Source: Candidatus Magasanikiibacteriota bacterium (GTDB lineage Bacteria > Patescibacteriota > Patescibacteriia > Magasanikbacterales > GWA2-37-8). Taken from it: a stretch of DNA of 64,000 nucleotides. The stretch lies in assembly GCA_023246655.1 (NCBI GenBank), contig JAHFHX010000001.1, positions 28,648-92,647 on the forward strand. Reading direction: 5' to 3'. Positions within the stretch are counted from its first letter, which is position 1. Each line of letters starts with the position of its first letter. Positions 17,078 through 27,254 of this stretch are shown here, one piece after another. The translations under genes were made by a program, and so were the position numbers. The notes below the pieces were generated by a model that had not been told where the DNA came from, did no database searches, and saw nothing but the letters and a program-made list of their open reading frames with translations.

Positions 17078-18448
17078 ATGTCTCCAAAATCCAAATCCAA
17101 ACCCGAACCCGAACCAGCCGTTGCCCCAGCATCCCCGATTCCTGAGCATCACCACCTCGAAACCGCTGGAGCGGCTGTTAATTATCGTGATAGTTGGCGG
17201 ATTTTTAGAATTATTGCCGAAATGGTAGATGGTTACCAGTTTTTGGCTGATCTTACAAAAGAAGTCATCGTGCTTGGTTCAGCGCGCATCCCACCGAATA
17301 ATAAATATTATAAGATTGCAGAAGAATTGGGCAGGCTTTTGGGTAAACATGGCTTTACCACTGTTACCGGCGGCGGACCGGGCATTATGGAAGCAGCCAA
17401 TAAAGGTGCGTTTGAAGCTGGCGGTGAATCGGTAGGGCTTAATATTCAACTGCCTTTTGAACAACGCATTAACCCCTATGTTAAGAAGGCTACAGCGTTT
17501 TATTATTTTTTTACGCGAAAAGTAATGTTAACTTCACCGGGTAATGCCTTCGTTTTTTTCCCCGGCGGGTTTGGCACGTTTGATGAATTTTTTGAAGTGG
17601 TAGATTATATGGAACTGGGGTTTATGGAAAAAGCCCCCATTGTTCTTGTTGGAAAAGAGTTTTGGCAACCGGTTGTTAACTTTCTCCGAAAAAAATCTAT
17701 CGACGAAGTGCACGCCATTACTGAAGCTCATATCGCCAATTGGCATATTGTTGATACTGCTGAGGAGGCATATGAACTTGTTAAAGATGCACCTGACCAC
17801 CCCAACAGCTATCATGATGACCCTAAAAATCCGCTGTATCAGGCCGGCAGTGCCGATTGGCGTGTGTTCCGAATTATGGCGGAACTCGTAGATGGATTTG
17901 AATTCCTTACTAATATTCAAAATGATGTAACGGTGCTTGGCACGAAGAGCGTGACGCCAGGATCGCCGTATTACCAGGCGGCCTATGAGCTAGGAAAAAT
18001 ATTAGCAAAAAACCAACACGCTGTACTCACGGGCGGCGGCCCTGGTATCATGGAAGCTGCCAACAAGGGTGCGTTTGAGGGCAATGGTAAAAGTGTTGGT
18101 ATTAATGTAAATTTTGCTGGTAAAGAACGAATTAATAATTATATTACCAATTCAATTAGCTTCTTTTTCCCGTTTGTTCGCAAGCTCATTATTACCGCCC
18201 CGTCGGAAGCGTTTGTTTTCTTCCCCGGCGGGTTTGGCACGCTCCATCAGCTATTTGAGCTCTTAACGCTCCAAGAAACTAAAAAAATGGAACCGTTTCC
18301 CATTATGCTTTACGATAAACCATTTTGGCAGCCGCTGCTTGATATTGTGCATAATTTGTATGCTGAATTTAAAACTATCAGCCACATGGATGAACTTTTT
18401 ATTAAGACCATTAATAAGCCGGAAGAAGTGATGGTGTACCTGAAATAA
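17078..18448 (+). CDS. tandem-duplicated LOG family (TIGR00730 / cytokinin riboside 5'-monophosphate phosphoribohydrolase-like) protein
   Basis: Two complete LOG-like domains, each with GGGPGIMEAANKGAFE and PGGFGT(F/L) motifs. Preceded by a low-complexity P/E-rich N-terminus. Confidence 0.8.
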   Translation: MSPKSKSKPEPEPAVAPASPIPEHHHLETAGAAVNYRDSWRIFRIIAEMVDGYQFLADLTKEVIVLGSARIPPNNKYYKIAEELGRLLGKHGFTTVTGGGPGIMEAANKGAFEAGGESVGLNIQLPFEQRINPYVKKATAFYYFFTRKVMLTSPGNAFVFFPGGFGTFDEFFEVVDYMELGFMEKAPIVLVGKEFWQPVVNFLRKKSIDEVHAITEAHIANWHIVDTAEEAYELVKDAPDHPNSYHDDPKNPLYQAGSADWRVFRIMAELVDGFEFLTNIQNDVTVLGTKSVTPGSPYYQAAYELGKILAKNQHAVLTGGGPGIMEAANKGAFEGNGKSVGINVNFAGKERINNYITNSISFFFPFVRKLIITAPSEAFVFFPGGFGTLHQLFELLTLQETKKMEPFPIMLYDKPFWQPLLDIVHNLYAEFKTISHMDELFIKTINKPEEVMVYLK

Positions 18449-18539
18449 AAGTTTGTAGCTGGTAGGAAGTAGCTTGTAGGAACGCGACTACACCACATCA
18501 TCGCTTACAAGCTACGAGCTTACTCCTCATTCCTCGTCA

Positions 18540-19334
18540 ATGATTCCTTTTTTTCAATCCAACACCATTCTCATTGGCCCCCTGACTATTCAAGTTTGGG
18601 GTTTAATGGTATCGCTGGGTATTATTGCGGGAGTGTTGGTTATGACTCGGCTTGCCAAAAAATTTTTTCTTTCTCAAGAGGTTGTGTTGGATCTGGCGAT
18701 GTGGAGTATTGTGGGTGGGTTTCTGGGAGCGCGTTTATTCCATGTTATTTTTTATCATCTTGATTATTATCTCTTGCATCCAAGTGAGGTGCTTAAATTT
18801 TGGCATGGTGGGGCGTCATCACTAGGTGGTTTTTTTGGGGCAGTAGTAGCAGTGTGGGTATTTGCCAAATGCCGCCATTTTACGTGGGCAGAACTTTTTC
18901 CCTATTTTGATATTGGTTCAGTTAGTTTTTGGCTCAGCTGGGGTATTGGAAGAATTGGATGTTTCTTAATTCATGATCATCCAGGAACGTTGTCGCATTT
19001 CATGTTGAGCGTACAGTTTCCCGCCGGCGCTCGGCATGATTTAGGATTGTACGATTCAATTCTTGGATTTGCATTGTTTGGCATTTTCATTTTGCTATTT
19101 AAACGATTCATTAAAACAGGTTGGGGATTTGTTGCTGGTTATTCCTGGATCGCATATGCAGTAGCTCGTTTTTTTCTTGATTTTTTTCGGGCGACTGATT
19201 TGGCCCAGAGTGATGTACGTTATGGCCACTTAACGCCAGCGCAGTGGGGGATGATAACACTTGTAATAGCATTGACCACCATACTTATTTTTGTTAAAGT
19301 TAAGCAGCCTAAGGAAAATAATGGGATAAAATAA
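18540..19334 (+). CDS. lgt: prolipoprotein diacylglyceryl transferase
   Basis: Multi-pass membrane protein with the Lgt-like HGGASSLGGFFGA region and an N-terminal GPLTIQVWGLMVSLGI helix. Confidence 0.8.
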   Translation: MIPFFQSNTILIGPLTIQVWGLMVSLGIIAGVLVMTRLAKKFFLSQEVVLDLAMWSIVGGFLGARLFHVIFYHLDYYLLHPSEVLKFWHGGASSLGGFFGAVVAVWVFAKCRHFTWAELFPYFDIGSVSFWLSWGIGRIGCFLIHDHPGTLSHFMLSVQFPAGARHDLGLYDSILGFALFGIFILLFKRFIKTGWGFVAGYSWIAYAVARFFLDFFRATDLAQSDVRYGHLTPAQWGMITLVIALTTILIFVKVKQPKENNGIK

Positions 19335-19343
19335 TTTTTTTCT

Positions 19344-19429
19344 GGAGAGTTCGCATAGTTGGTCTAGTGCGCACGCTTGGAAAGCGTGTATACCGAAAGG
19401 TATCGAGGGTTCGAATCCCTCACTCTCCG
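19344..19429 (+). tRNA. tRNA-Ser (anticodon GGA)
   Basis: Acceptor GGAGAGT/ACTCTCC+G, anticodon stem CACGC/GCGTG with loop TTGGAAA (GGA). Long variable arm TATACC-GAAA-GGTATC (class II) and T-arm GAGGG-TTCGAAT-CCCTC. Confidence 0.9.
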
Positions 19430-19483
19430 CTTTCACCTCGCCGTAGCTTGAGCGAAGGTGGGTAAGCAATTCTAAATTGATGT

Positions 19484-20200
19484 ATGTTAGCTTCCATTTG
19501 GCACACCATACTCTATCAGCCACTTTTTAATGCTTTAATTTTTATTTATAATTCTATTGCCAACCACAACCTTGGTTGGGCGGTGATTTGGCTTACTATT
19601 TTATTGCGTATTGTTCTGTTGCCACTTTCTATTATTTCGGAATTAGCCGCTTTGCGCCAGCAGAAAGCGAATGCCGAGGCTGCTAAAGCGCTGGAAGCCT
19701 TTAAAGGTGATCGGGTTGCCCAACAAGAAGCGGTTCGCAAAATTATAAAGAAATTTCATATCTCACCTTGGGCGAAAGTTATATCGCTGGGAATCCAGGT
19801 GTTGGTATTAATAGTATTGTACCAAGTTTTTATCAATGGTATTGGTGGACAAAAAATTTTTAAAACCCTCTATCCATCTATTGATTTTCCCGGTAAAATT
19901 AATACTAGTTTTTATGGTTTTGAAATCGGTCACCGGCACGATTATCTTTGGGCTGGCATCGCAGCAATCTATTTACTCATCTCAATTCTTATAGAGAAGC
20001 GCCAAATTCAGAGTTGGCAAAAATCGGAAATGTACTTTTTGTTGTTTTTCCCCCTTTTTACCTTCGTAGCCTTGTGGTATCTGCCAATGGTAAAGTCGCT
20101 TTTTATTTTGACAACCATGATTTTTTCTGATATAGTTAGTATCATGTGGGCGCTTGTTGTGTGGATGTTTAAATCAAAGCCAGCTGGGGCACACCATTAG
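19484..20200 (+). CDS. yidC: YidC/Oxa1 family membrane protein insertase (short form)
   Basis: NLGWAVIWLTILLRIVLLPL motif typical of YidC, followed by further TM helices. Confidence 0.8.
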   Translation: MLASIWHTILYQPLFNALIFIYNSIANHNLGWAVIWLTILLRIVLLPLSIISELAALRQQKANAEAAKALEAFKGDRVAQQEAVRKIIKKFHISPWAKVISLGIQVLVLIVLYQVFINGIGGQKIFKTLYPSIDFPGKINTSFYGFEIGHRHDYLWAGIAAIYLLISILIEKRQIQSWQKSEMYFLLFFPLFTFVALWYLPMVKSLFILTTMIFSDIVSIMWALVVWMFKSKPAGAHH

Positions 20201-20283
20201 TGTTTTAAAGTTTTTAGCAAGGAATCTTCTTCTCTCGCGACCTGCTCGCTCAGAAGTGAATTTCCTTGCGAAAGGAAATTCAT

Positions 20284-20856
20284 ATGTCTTCCGAATCCCT
20301 CGACAAGTTAATGTACTCCTTCGTCGTCGATGACGTTTTAAAGGGGCTTTTTATTTATGTCCCCCCCGGCTACGTAGCGTGTGTGTATGATCTTGGCCGC
20401 GGCGTCCTCAAGAAAGTTTTGACCCCTGGGCTTCATTTTAAAATTCCTTTTTGGCAAAAAGCCAAATTATTTAATGTCCAAACCCTTGAGTATAGCATCT
20501 CTCGTCAATTCAACCTGGAACATGAACGGTCACTTGGTGATATCCCGATTGCCGCGGTTACCCAAGATGGTAAACGCGTAGGGGTAGAAGGGACGGTGCT
20601 CCTGCGCTTAGATATTCATCAGGTACCCTCTATCTGGCAAACTATTGGCGAAGATTTTGTTGCCAAAATTATTCGTCCCGCCATTCGTAGTCGTGTGCGC
20701 ATGGTCTTTAGTCATTATGATTATCAAGATATTATTGGTCCACAGCGTGATGCGGTTGAGATGGAGTTAAAGAATGAACTGGAACGCATTTTCTATGCGC
20801 GCGGAATTTATGTGGAAAATATTTTGCTAAGTGAGATATCGCCGATAAACCAGTAA
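20284..20856 (+). CDS. SPFH/band-7 (prohibitin/HflC-like) domain protein
   Basis: GLHFKIPFWQKAKLFNVQT and the downstream core are SPFH-like. Start taken at ATG 20284. A perfect 24-bp palindrome abuts the start. Confidence 0.65.
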   Translation: MSSESLDKLMYSFVVDDVLKGLFIYVPPGYVACVYDLGRGVLKKVLTPGLHFKIPFWQKAKLFNVQTLEYSISRQFNLEHERSLGDIPIAAVTQDGKRVGVEGTVLLRLDIHQVPSIWQTIGEDFVAKIIRPAIRSRVRMVFSHYDYQDIIGPQRDAVEMELKNELERIFYARGIYVENILLSEISPINQ

Positions 20857-21022
20857 AACAAAATCCCAAATTTCAAGTATCAAATTTCAAATAAGCACCA
20901 AATCCAAAATTTTAAATTTTGAGATTTGAAAATGGTGATTTATTTTGGATTTGGAATTTGTTATTTGGGATTTTTTAGTTGTGTATAATTTCTCTCTTGA
21001 CAGTATTGGTAGCCGTGGTATA

Positions 21023-21049
21023 TTATCACTCAGATAGTTCGAGTGCTAA
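21023..21049 (+). promoter_or_regulatory. CIRCE-like HrcA operator (TTATCACTC-N9-GAGTGCTAA)
   Basis: One mismatch to the CIRCE consensus TTAGCACTC-N9-GAGTGCTAA. It lies directly upstream of hrcA and downstream of a TATAAT -10 element at ~20986. Confidence 0.8.
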
Positions 21050-21054
21050 TTTTT

Positions 21055-21741
21055 ATGGAGCAACGTCAACAACAGCTTCTTGGCTTAGTTATAAATAATT
21101 ACGTGGCGACCGCCGAGCCAGTGGGGTCACGTTTTTTGGTAGAAAAAGCTGGACTCGATTGGAGTGAAGCAACAGTTCGCAACGAATTACGGGAACTTGA
21201 AGAGGAAGGGTATTTAACTCATCCTCATACTTCAGCGGGGCGCTTGCCAACCCTCAAAGGGTATCAGTATTATTTAAGTACGATTAATTTTAGTGAACTG
21301 AAATTGCCAAGACAAGAAAGCGCGTTGCTCGAGAAGTCGGTGCAGGCAGGAGGAGATTATGAAGGAGCGCGTAAGAATCTGGCCAAGGCGATTGTAGAAC
21401 TATCGCATGAGATGGTCCTGGTAGCTTTTTCCGCGGATTTCGTGTACTATACTGGCCTGTCAAACTTATTTCAAAAGCCGGATTTTTTTGATCGAGCGAT
21501 TGTAGCTAATATTTCTGAAGTCTTTGATCGTTGTGAGGAAGTGATCCCCGATTTTTTTGAAGACGTTCCCGAAGAGCCAAAGTTTTTCTTAGGGGATGAG
21601 CATCCGTTTGGTGAAATGCTGAGTGTTGTTTCCATGCGGTTTGGGAAAAATGGAGAGTCGCTGATCGCGCTCCTAGGGCCCCAGCGGATGGACTATAAGC
21701 ATAACTGGGAATTAATGAGTAAAGCGAAGGAATTGATTTGA
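21055..21741 (+). CDS. hrcA: heat-inducible transcription repressor HrcA
   Basis: N-terminal winged helix LLGLVINNYVATAEPVGSRFLVEKAGLDWSEATVRNELRELEEEGYL. Short (~230 aa) relative to canonical HrcA. Confidence 0.8.
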   Translation: MEQRQQQLLGLVINNYVATAEPVGSRFLVEKAGLDWSEATVRNELRELEEEGYLTHPHTSAGRLPTLKGYQYYLSTINFSELKLPRQESALLEKSVQAGGDYEGARKNLAKAIVELSHEMVLVAFSADFVYYTGLSNLFQKPDFFDRAIVANISEVFDRCEEVIPDFFEDVPEEPKFFLGDEHPFGEMLSVVSMRFGKNGESLIALLGPQRMDYKHNWELMSKAKELI

Positions 21742-21745
21742 TTGC

Positions 21746-21793
21746 GTCATTGCGAGGAAGACGATTCGCATCGGCTGACTTGGCAATCCCCCT
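21746..21793. repeat. partial (left-arm) copy of the GTCATTGCGAGGA palindromic element
   Basis: GTCATTGCGAGGAAGACGATTCGCATCG...GCAATCCCCC with no right arm. It sits between hrcA and grpE. Confidence 0.7.
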
Positions 21794-21846
21794 GCTTTCA
21801 GAACCAAGATTGAAAGATTAGAAGATTAAAAGATTGATATATTATT

Positions 21847-22386
21847 ATGCCCAACGATCAACAAAATATAAATCAAGATGAAGCGGAATTGAGCGAAGCG
21901 CCTGTTGCTCCTGTGGAAGAATCAGCATCTGAATGCCCCAATTGCGCAGTCGTTAAAGCCGAAGCCGCTGAATACAAACAAGGCTGGCAACGGGCGATAG
22001 CAGATTATCAAAATCTCCAAAAAGAAACTCGCGAGCGTCGTCAGGAATGGTTAGAAATGAGCGAGTTGCAGATTTTGGAAGAGTTTATTCCGGTGTATGA
22101 TAATTTTCGTAAAGCGTGGAACGTGGAACGTGGAACGTTTGGCCCCGAGGTGCAGAATTGGATAAAAGGCGTTGAATATATTAAAAAACAATTTGGGGAT
22201 ATTTTAAAAACACATAAGATTGAAGAAATTAAAACCGTGGGAGAAAAGTTTGATCCGAAGTTTCATGAAACTATCGGCGAAGAAGAAGACGAACAGGAGT
22301 CAGGGACGATATTGCGAGAGATTGATGGTGGGTACACCATGGGTGGACGGGTGATAAAGGCAGCTAAGGTAGTGATAGCGAAGTAA
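21847..22386 (+). CDS. grpE: nucleotide exchange factor GrpE
   Basis: The C-terminal FDPKFHETIGEE matches the GrpE signature FDP..H.A. Position is between hrcA and dnaK. Confidence 0.8.
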   Translation: MPNDQQNINQDEAELSEAPVAPVEESASECPNCAVVKAEAAEYKQGWQRAIADYQNLQKETRERRQEWLEMSELQILEEFIPVYDNFRKAWNVERGTFGPEVQNWIKGVEYIKKQFGDILKTHKIEEIKTVGEKFDPKFHETIGEEEDEQESGTILREIDGGYTMGGRVIKAAKVVIAK

Positions 22387-22510
22387 TTTTCAATGATCAT
22401 TGAAATATTGTAAATTGATTGAAAATTAAAAATTGTAAATTGAAAATTTTAAACTTACTTTTAATACAGCAGTTGGTCAAACGGCCATCGGCTGGTCTAA
22501 GGAGAAAAGT

Positions 22511-22960
22511 ATGTCGTTAATCCGTTGGTCTCCTCTGTTCGACCCATTCCAGGACATGGACGAAATGTTTAATTGTCTCCAAGGCGTAATGCCAATGGGG
22601 CAACAAATGAAAGCGTTTGTTCCAGCTATTAATATGTATGAGACAGATCAAGCGGTTGTTATCGAAACGCCGCTCGCTGGTGTTAATCCCGAAGATGTTG
22701 AGGTGAGTGTGCAAAAAGGCGTTTTAATTCTTAAGGGTGAAAGCAAGAAAGAGCACGAAGTGGACGAGAAGAATTACTATCGCAAAGAAGTGCGGAGCGG
22801 TTCATTCTATCGTGAAGTTGCTTTACCGAGCCCGGTGATGGAAGATAAAGTCAGTGCCGAGTTTGAGAATGGTATGCTTAAGGTGACTTGTCCAAAAGCC
22901 GCATCGGCGGTAATGAAGAAGGTGAATGTAAAATTTATTAAGAAGGAAAATAAAAAGTAG
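22511..22960 (+). CDS. Hsp20/alpha-crystallin family small heat shock protein
   Basis: Alpha-crystallin domain PAINMYETDQAVVIETPLAGVNPEDVEVSVQKGVLILKGE...FYREVALP. SD AAGGAGAA before the ATG. Confidence 0.85.
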   Translation: MSLIRWSPLFDPFQDMDEMFNCLQGVMPMGQQMKAFVPAINMYETDQAVVIETPLAGVNPEDVEVSVQKGVLILKGESKKEHEVDEKNYYRKEVRSGSFYREVALPSPVMEDKVSAEFENGMLKVTCPKAASAVMKKVNVKFIKKENKK

Positions 22961-22974
22961 ACATTGTAAGCAAT

Positions 22975-23577
22975 ATGGCCGAAGGACCACCACGAAGGGA
23001 TTCAAAAAAAGGTATTGCAGCCCTTGTCGCTGGGGGAGTTGCTCTTGGCGCTGCTGGGGTTTGGTTGGCCAATGAAGCCCATCAAGAAGTCGCGCAACCG
23101 TCCAGGCAGGTAGCGCCCAGACAACCACGAGAACGAAGAGCACCAGCGCCAGCAGCAACGCCGTCACCAGATTTTAGTATTTTGCCACCTGGTGAACGAG
23201 CAGTGCGCCGAGGTTCTGAAGACGACCCGGATGCATCGGATCGCCCACTGACCGAAGCGGAAGTTTTGGCGGTACTTGCAGAAGGGGACACGGCAGAACA
23301 GGCGGACAAAATTTTTGAGTATCTAAAGCCTCCCAGGATTCATAATTTAGAAAAGATTCAGTATAGCGAAGAAGGACACGTTTTTGAAGTCTATAGCAAT
23401 ACCCAACCAAGCGGCCCGCCGATTGCTCAATTTAAAATTCATGAAGCTTCCGGCGGATCATTATCATTTTTGTACCGGCCAATTGTGAGTGTTGCAGAGG
23501 TAACGCCTGAGGAAAAAGAATGTCATAATTTGGGAGAATTAGAGAGCGCTCTTGTATCAACTATTGTAGGTAGATAA
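22975..23577 (+). CDS. hypothetical protein with GC-rich, Pro/Ala/Arg-rich N-terminal half and AT-rich C-terminal half
   Basis: 200-aa ORF. The N-terminal segment GIAALVAGGVALGAAGVWL is TM-like. No recognisable domain. Confidence 0.45.
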   Translation: MAEGPPRRDSKKGIAALVAGGVALGAAGVWLANEAHQEVAQPSRQVAPRQPRERRAPAPAATPSPDFSILPPGERAVRRGSEDDPDASDRPLTEAEVLAVLAEGDTAEQADKIFEYLKPPRIHNLEKIQYSEEGHVFEVYSNTQPSGPPIAQFKIHEASGGSLSFLYRPIVSVAEVTPEEKECHNLGELESALVSTIVGR

Positions 23578-23624
23578 TTAATAACTTTAGTTATTGTAGT
23601 GGGTTGTTATTTGCTTATTGTTAG

Positions 23625-24038
23625 TTGTTCATTATTACTATGCCAACATCCAAATCTGATCTAGCCAAACTTACCAAACTCGGTAAACCGTCCAAGGCCT
23701 CCCGTACGCTCGAAGTATTCCCGAATCACGCTCCTAAAGGTAGCATGGAAGTGACACTCTACTGTACCGAGTTTACTTGTCGTTGTCCGCTGACTAATCA
23801 ACCGGATTATGCCGAAATTGAAATTGTATATGTGCCCGATAAGTATGTGGTGGAGTCTAAGTCTATGAAATTATATTTGGAAACGTATCGCGAGGAAGGC
23901 GTGTTTCATGAACATTTGGCAATGGATATTGGGAAGGATTTTGTACAGTTTGTAAGGCCAAAAGAAAGTATAGTAAAGGTTCGTTTTAATTCTCGAGGCG
24001 GAATTGCTATAACTGCTGAATGGAAATACAAAAAGTAA
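23625..24038 (+). CDS. queF: NADPH-dependent 7-cyano-7-deazaguanine reductase (type I QueF)
   Basis: EFTCRCPLTNQPDYAEIEIVYVPDKYVVESKSMKLYLETYR matches the QueF Cys and E(S/L)K(S/A)hK(L/Y)(Y/F/W) motifs. Confidence 0.85.
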   Translation: MFIITMPTSKSDLAKLTKLGKPSKASRTLEVFPNHAPKGSMEVTLYCTEFTCRCPLTNQPDYAEIEIVYVPDKYVVESKSMKLYLETYREEGVFHEHLAMDIGKDFVQFVRPKESIVKVRFNSRGGIAITAEWKYKK

Positions 24039-24048
24039 CTAAATTTAT

Positions 24049-24483
24049 ATGAGAAACTTAAAACCCGGAGAGCTTGTCGCTGGCTTGGTAGTAGCCGCTG
24101 GGTTAGGTGGGCTCGCTGGAAAAGAAATGTTTTCTGCAACACAGCAACCAGGTATACATACCGAAGTTCGTAATGGAGATCAGGAAAAGATAATCCAAGG
24201 TTTAGAGAAAAAACTCAAAATGAGTTTTCCAGGCACCACGGTTGTTCATACTAGAGATACGCTGCAGATTCTACCGCCAGGATTGCACGGTGAGGTGTAT
24301 ACGAGCTACGTAATTGAATTAACTATTGATACTCATGGTGGAAAAGTTGAGATTAGCGATAGTAGTCCAGCCTCTGTTGCTGAGGAACAATTAGTTGATG
24401 ATTTTGCTGCTATACAAAGGGTGGTTGCAGAAAGATTAACAAAACTTGATGAGTGGAGGAAATCGTTACAAGCGGTTGATTAG
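24049..24483 (+). CDS. hypothetical protein (144 aa, N-terminal TM segment)
   Basis: ORF only; no recognisable motif. Confidence 0.4.
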   Translation: MRNLKPGELVAGLVVAAGLGGLAGKEMFSATQQPGIHTEVRNGDQEKIIQGLEKKLKMSFPGTTVVHTRDTLQILPPGLHGEVYTSYVIELTIDTHGGKVEISDSSPASVAEEQLVDDFAAIQRVVAERLTKLDEWRKSLQAVD

Positions 24484-24516
24484 CTAACATTAAAAGATTT
24501 TGTTTATGGAGTAATA

Positions 24517-25218
24517 GTGTATAGTATGAGTTGGTTAGAAGGAAAGAAAAAGTATATGTTGGGTTTGGCGGCTGGTTTATCTCTGTGGGGAATAACCAGA
24601 GATGAACCAGAAAAATCGATGCCGAAAGATAAGCCAGTAAAGACTGTTCAGACCAAGCAAGACAACAGCGAAATTCAGCAAGCTTTTTGGCGCCAACGAG
24701 CCGAGGAACTAGCACAGGAACAAGCTGCAGCGCAACTAACAAAAGCAGGAGAACAAATTAGTCCTCGTGTTGATTCCTCGCTAGAAGACGATGAAGAAGC
24801 TGACGAAATTTCACCAGCTGATGTTACCGAGATATTTAAGAGACTCGAGAAAGCTCGGGTTACCAAACAGTTCTTAGAACAAAATGTTCCTGGCCTTAAA
24901 GCTAAAATGTCAGATGACGGCGAAGAATTATTAGTGGCCTTTCCTAATGAAAAAGGAGAAGCTATAGAAACAGATATTCTTTCTTTAGATCTAACTGAAT
25001 CAGAAACAGTTGGAGTGGGGACGTTAACTGATTTTGATGCTTTGGTAAGCGTTCCGGCCAACAATTTAAGAAGACTTGCAGAGGTGGTAAGAAAAAAATT
25101 TATTGTTTTAGCTAAAAATAAAGAATTATTCGAAGGCAAAGACCATGATGATATAGAAGCGCAGAATCAGATTATTAACGTGATAAGAGAACAAGGCCTG
25201 CCGATGAGAGACCAGTGA
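24517..25218 (+). CDS. hypothetical protein (233 aa, acidic, N-terminal TM segment)
   Basis: ORF only. Antisense ORF 24675..25139 is a shadow. Confidence 0.45.
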   Translation: MYSMSWLEGKKKYMLGLAAGLSLWGITRDEPEKSMPKDKPVKTVQTKQDNSEIQQAFWRQRAEELAQEQAAAQLTKAGEQISPRVDSSLEDDEEADEISPADVTEIFKRLEKARVTKQFLEQNVPGLKAKMSDDGEELLVAFPNEKGEAIETDILSLDLTESETVGVGTLTDFDALVSVPANNLRRLAEVVRKKFIVLAKNKELFEGKDHDDIEAQNQIINVIREQGLPMRDQ

Positions 25219-25260
25219 GCAAATTGATTAATTTATTTAATTTTTTTTATTTATAATTTT

Positions 25261-27177
25261 ATGTCCAAGGTTTTAGGTATAGATTTGGGCACCACTAACT
25301 CTTGTGTTGCCATCATTGAAGGTGGTCAACCGAAAGTATTAGAAAATAAAGAAGGCGCGCGCACCACGCCCAGTATTGTCGCGATCTCCAAATCGGGTGA
25401 ACGGCTTGTGGGTCAGCTTGCGAAGCGCCAAGCGGTCACGAACGCGGAAAATACGTTGTATTCTATTAAGCGTTTAATTGGTCGCAAATGGGATGATGCG
25501 GAAGTTCAGCGCGACCTTAAACTCATGCCGTATAAAATCGTCAAAAGCGGCGAAGGCGTGAAAGTTGTTATGCAGGGGAAAGAATATAGCCCTCAAGAAA
25601 TTTCCGCGATGATACTCGGCAAAATAAAAGCGGACGCGGAAGAGCGGTTGGGCGAAAAAATTACCGAAGCTGTCATCACCGTGCCGGCCTACTTTGACGA
25701 CGCGCAACGCCAAGCCACGAAAGATGCCGGTGAAATTGCTGGCCTCAAAGTACTCCGCATTATTAATGAACCAACTGCTGCTGCGCTCGCGTACGGATTT
25801 GATAAGAAGAAGGATGAAAAAATTGTGGTGTACGATTTGGGTGGTGGTACGTTTGATGTCTCGATTCTCGAAGTGAGCGCCGATTCCGTGCAAGTGTTGT
25901 CAACAAATGGCGACACACACCTCGGTGGTGATGATTTTGATCAGATCCTCATCCGCTGGATTATTGATGAATTCAAGCGTAGTGAGGGAATTGATTTAGG
26001 CAAAGATAATTTAGCTCTCCAGCGCATTAAAGAAGCTGCCGAAAAAGCGAAGATTGAATTGTCCACCGCGCAAGATACTGAAATCAATCAGCCCTTCATC
26101 ACCAGCGATGCCAACGGCCCCAAACATTTGGTAATGAAACTCACACGTTCAAAATTGGAAGAACTCGTCGGTGAATTGGTGGAGAAAACCCTCGGCCCCG
26201 TGCGCCAGGCGCTTACGGACGCCAAACTTTCGGCGAGCGACCTTAACGAAGTGGTGATGGTCGGCGGAATGACCCGCATGCCGCTCGTGCTCGCCACGGT
26301 CGAAAAATTTTTCAACAAAAAACCAAACATTAGCGTGAACCCGGATGAAGTGGTCGCAGTTGGTGCAGCCGTGCAAGGTGGCGTGCTCCGTGGCGATGTT
26401 AAGGATGTGCTCCTCCTCGATGTTACTCCGCTTTCCTTTGGTATTGAAACCATGGGTAGCGTAATGACCAAACTTATTGAGAGGAATACCACCATCCCGA
26501 CCTCAAAGTCTCAAGTTTTCTCAACAGCCGCCGATAGTCAGCCGAGCGTGGAAATTCATGTGCTCCAAGGGGAAAGACCTATGGCCGCGGACAACAAAAC
26601 ACTCGGTCGGTTCATTCTCGATGGCATTCCGCCAGCCCCACGCGGCGTGCCGCAAATTGAGGTGAGCTTTGACATTGACGCCAACGGCATTCTCCATGTG
26701 AAGGCCAAAGACAAAGCCACCAACAAAGAACAATCCATCCGTATTGAGTCATCTTCTGGTCTTTCCAAAGAAGAAATTGAGAAGATGAAAAAAGATGCGG
26801 AAATGCACGCTGAGGAAGATAAAAAGAAACAGGAACTTATCGAAGCTCGCAACATTGCTGACACGATGATGTATACTACGGAGAAGATGATGAAAGAAAT
26901 TGAGGAGAAGAAAGTCGCGAGCGTTACCGATGACGAAAAGAAAGCGGTGACTGATAACCTTGCCAAAGTGAAGGAAGTAAAAGATAAAGATGATGTGGAA
27001 GCGATTAAAAAAGCGGCCGATGAGTTGTCCAAAGCCGCGCAAGCGGTGGGGATGAAGATGTATTCTGCTACGCAGAGCGCAGATAAGGGCGCTGATGGCA
27101 ACGCCGCTGATAACGCTGATAAAAAATCTGACGACAAAGGGCCAATTGAAGGGGAAGTGGTTGATGATAAAAAGTAA
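25261..27177 (+). CDS. dnaK: molecular chaperone DnaK (Hsp70)
   Basis: [24 protein letters not shown] and [11 protein letters not shown] Hsp70 signatures, 638 aa. Confidence 0.95.
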   Translation: MSKVLGIDLGTTNSCVAIIEGGQPKVLENKEGARTTPSIVAISKSGERLVGQLAKRQAVTNAENTLYSIKRLIGRKWDDAEVQRDLKLMPYKIVKSGEGVKVVMQGKEYSPQEISAMILGKIKADAEERLGEKITEAVITVPAYFDDAQRQATKDAGEIAGLKVLRIINEPTAAALAYGFDKKKDEKIVVYDLGGGTFDVSILEVSADSVQVLSTNGDTHLGGDDFDQILIRWIIDEFKRSEGIDLGKDNLALQRIKEAAEKAKIELSTAQDTEINQPFITSDANGPKHLVMKLTRSKLEELVGELVEKTLGPVRQALTDAKLSASDLNEVVMVGGMTRMPLVLATVEKFFNKKPNISVNPDEVVAVGAAVQGGVLRGDVKDVLLLDVTPLSFGIETMGSVMTKLIERNTTIPTSKSQVFSTAADSQPSVEIHVLQGERPMAADNKTLGRFILDGIPPAPRGVPQIEVSFDIDANGILHVKAKDKATNKEQSIRIESSSGLSKEEIEKMKKDAEMHAEEDKKKQELIEARNIADTMMYTTEKMMKEIEEKKVASVTDDEKKAVTDNLAKVKEVKDKDDVEAIKKAADELSKAAQAVGMKMYSATQSADKGADGNAADNADKKSDDKGPIEGEVVDDKK

Positions 27178-27254
27178 AATTGCACACGATACAATAGACA
27201 TGGAAAAAGATACAATTTGTATCTTGCTACGTGTATTTTGTATCGTGTTTCTCT

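Noticed and set aside
19230-19523. 97-aa minus-strand ORF
   Set aside because: It overlaps the well-folded tRNA-Ser gene on the opposite strand and is spurious.
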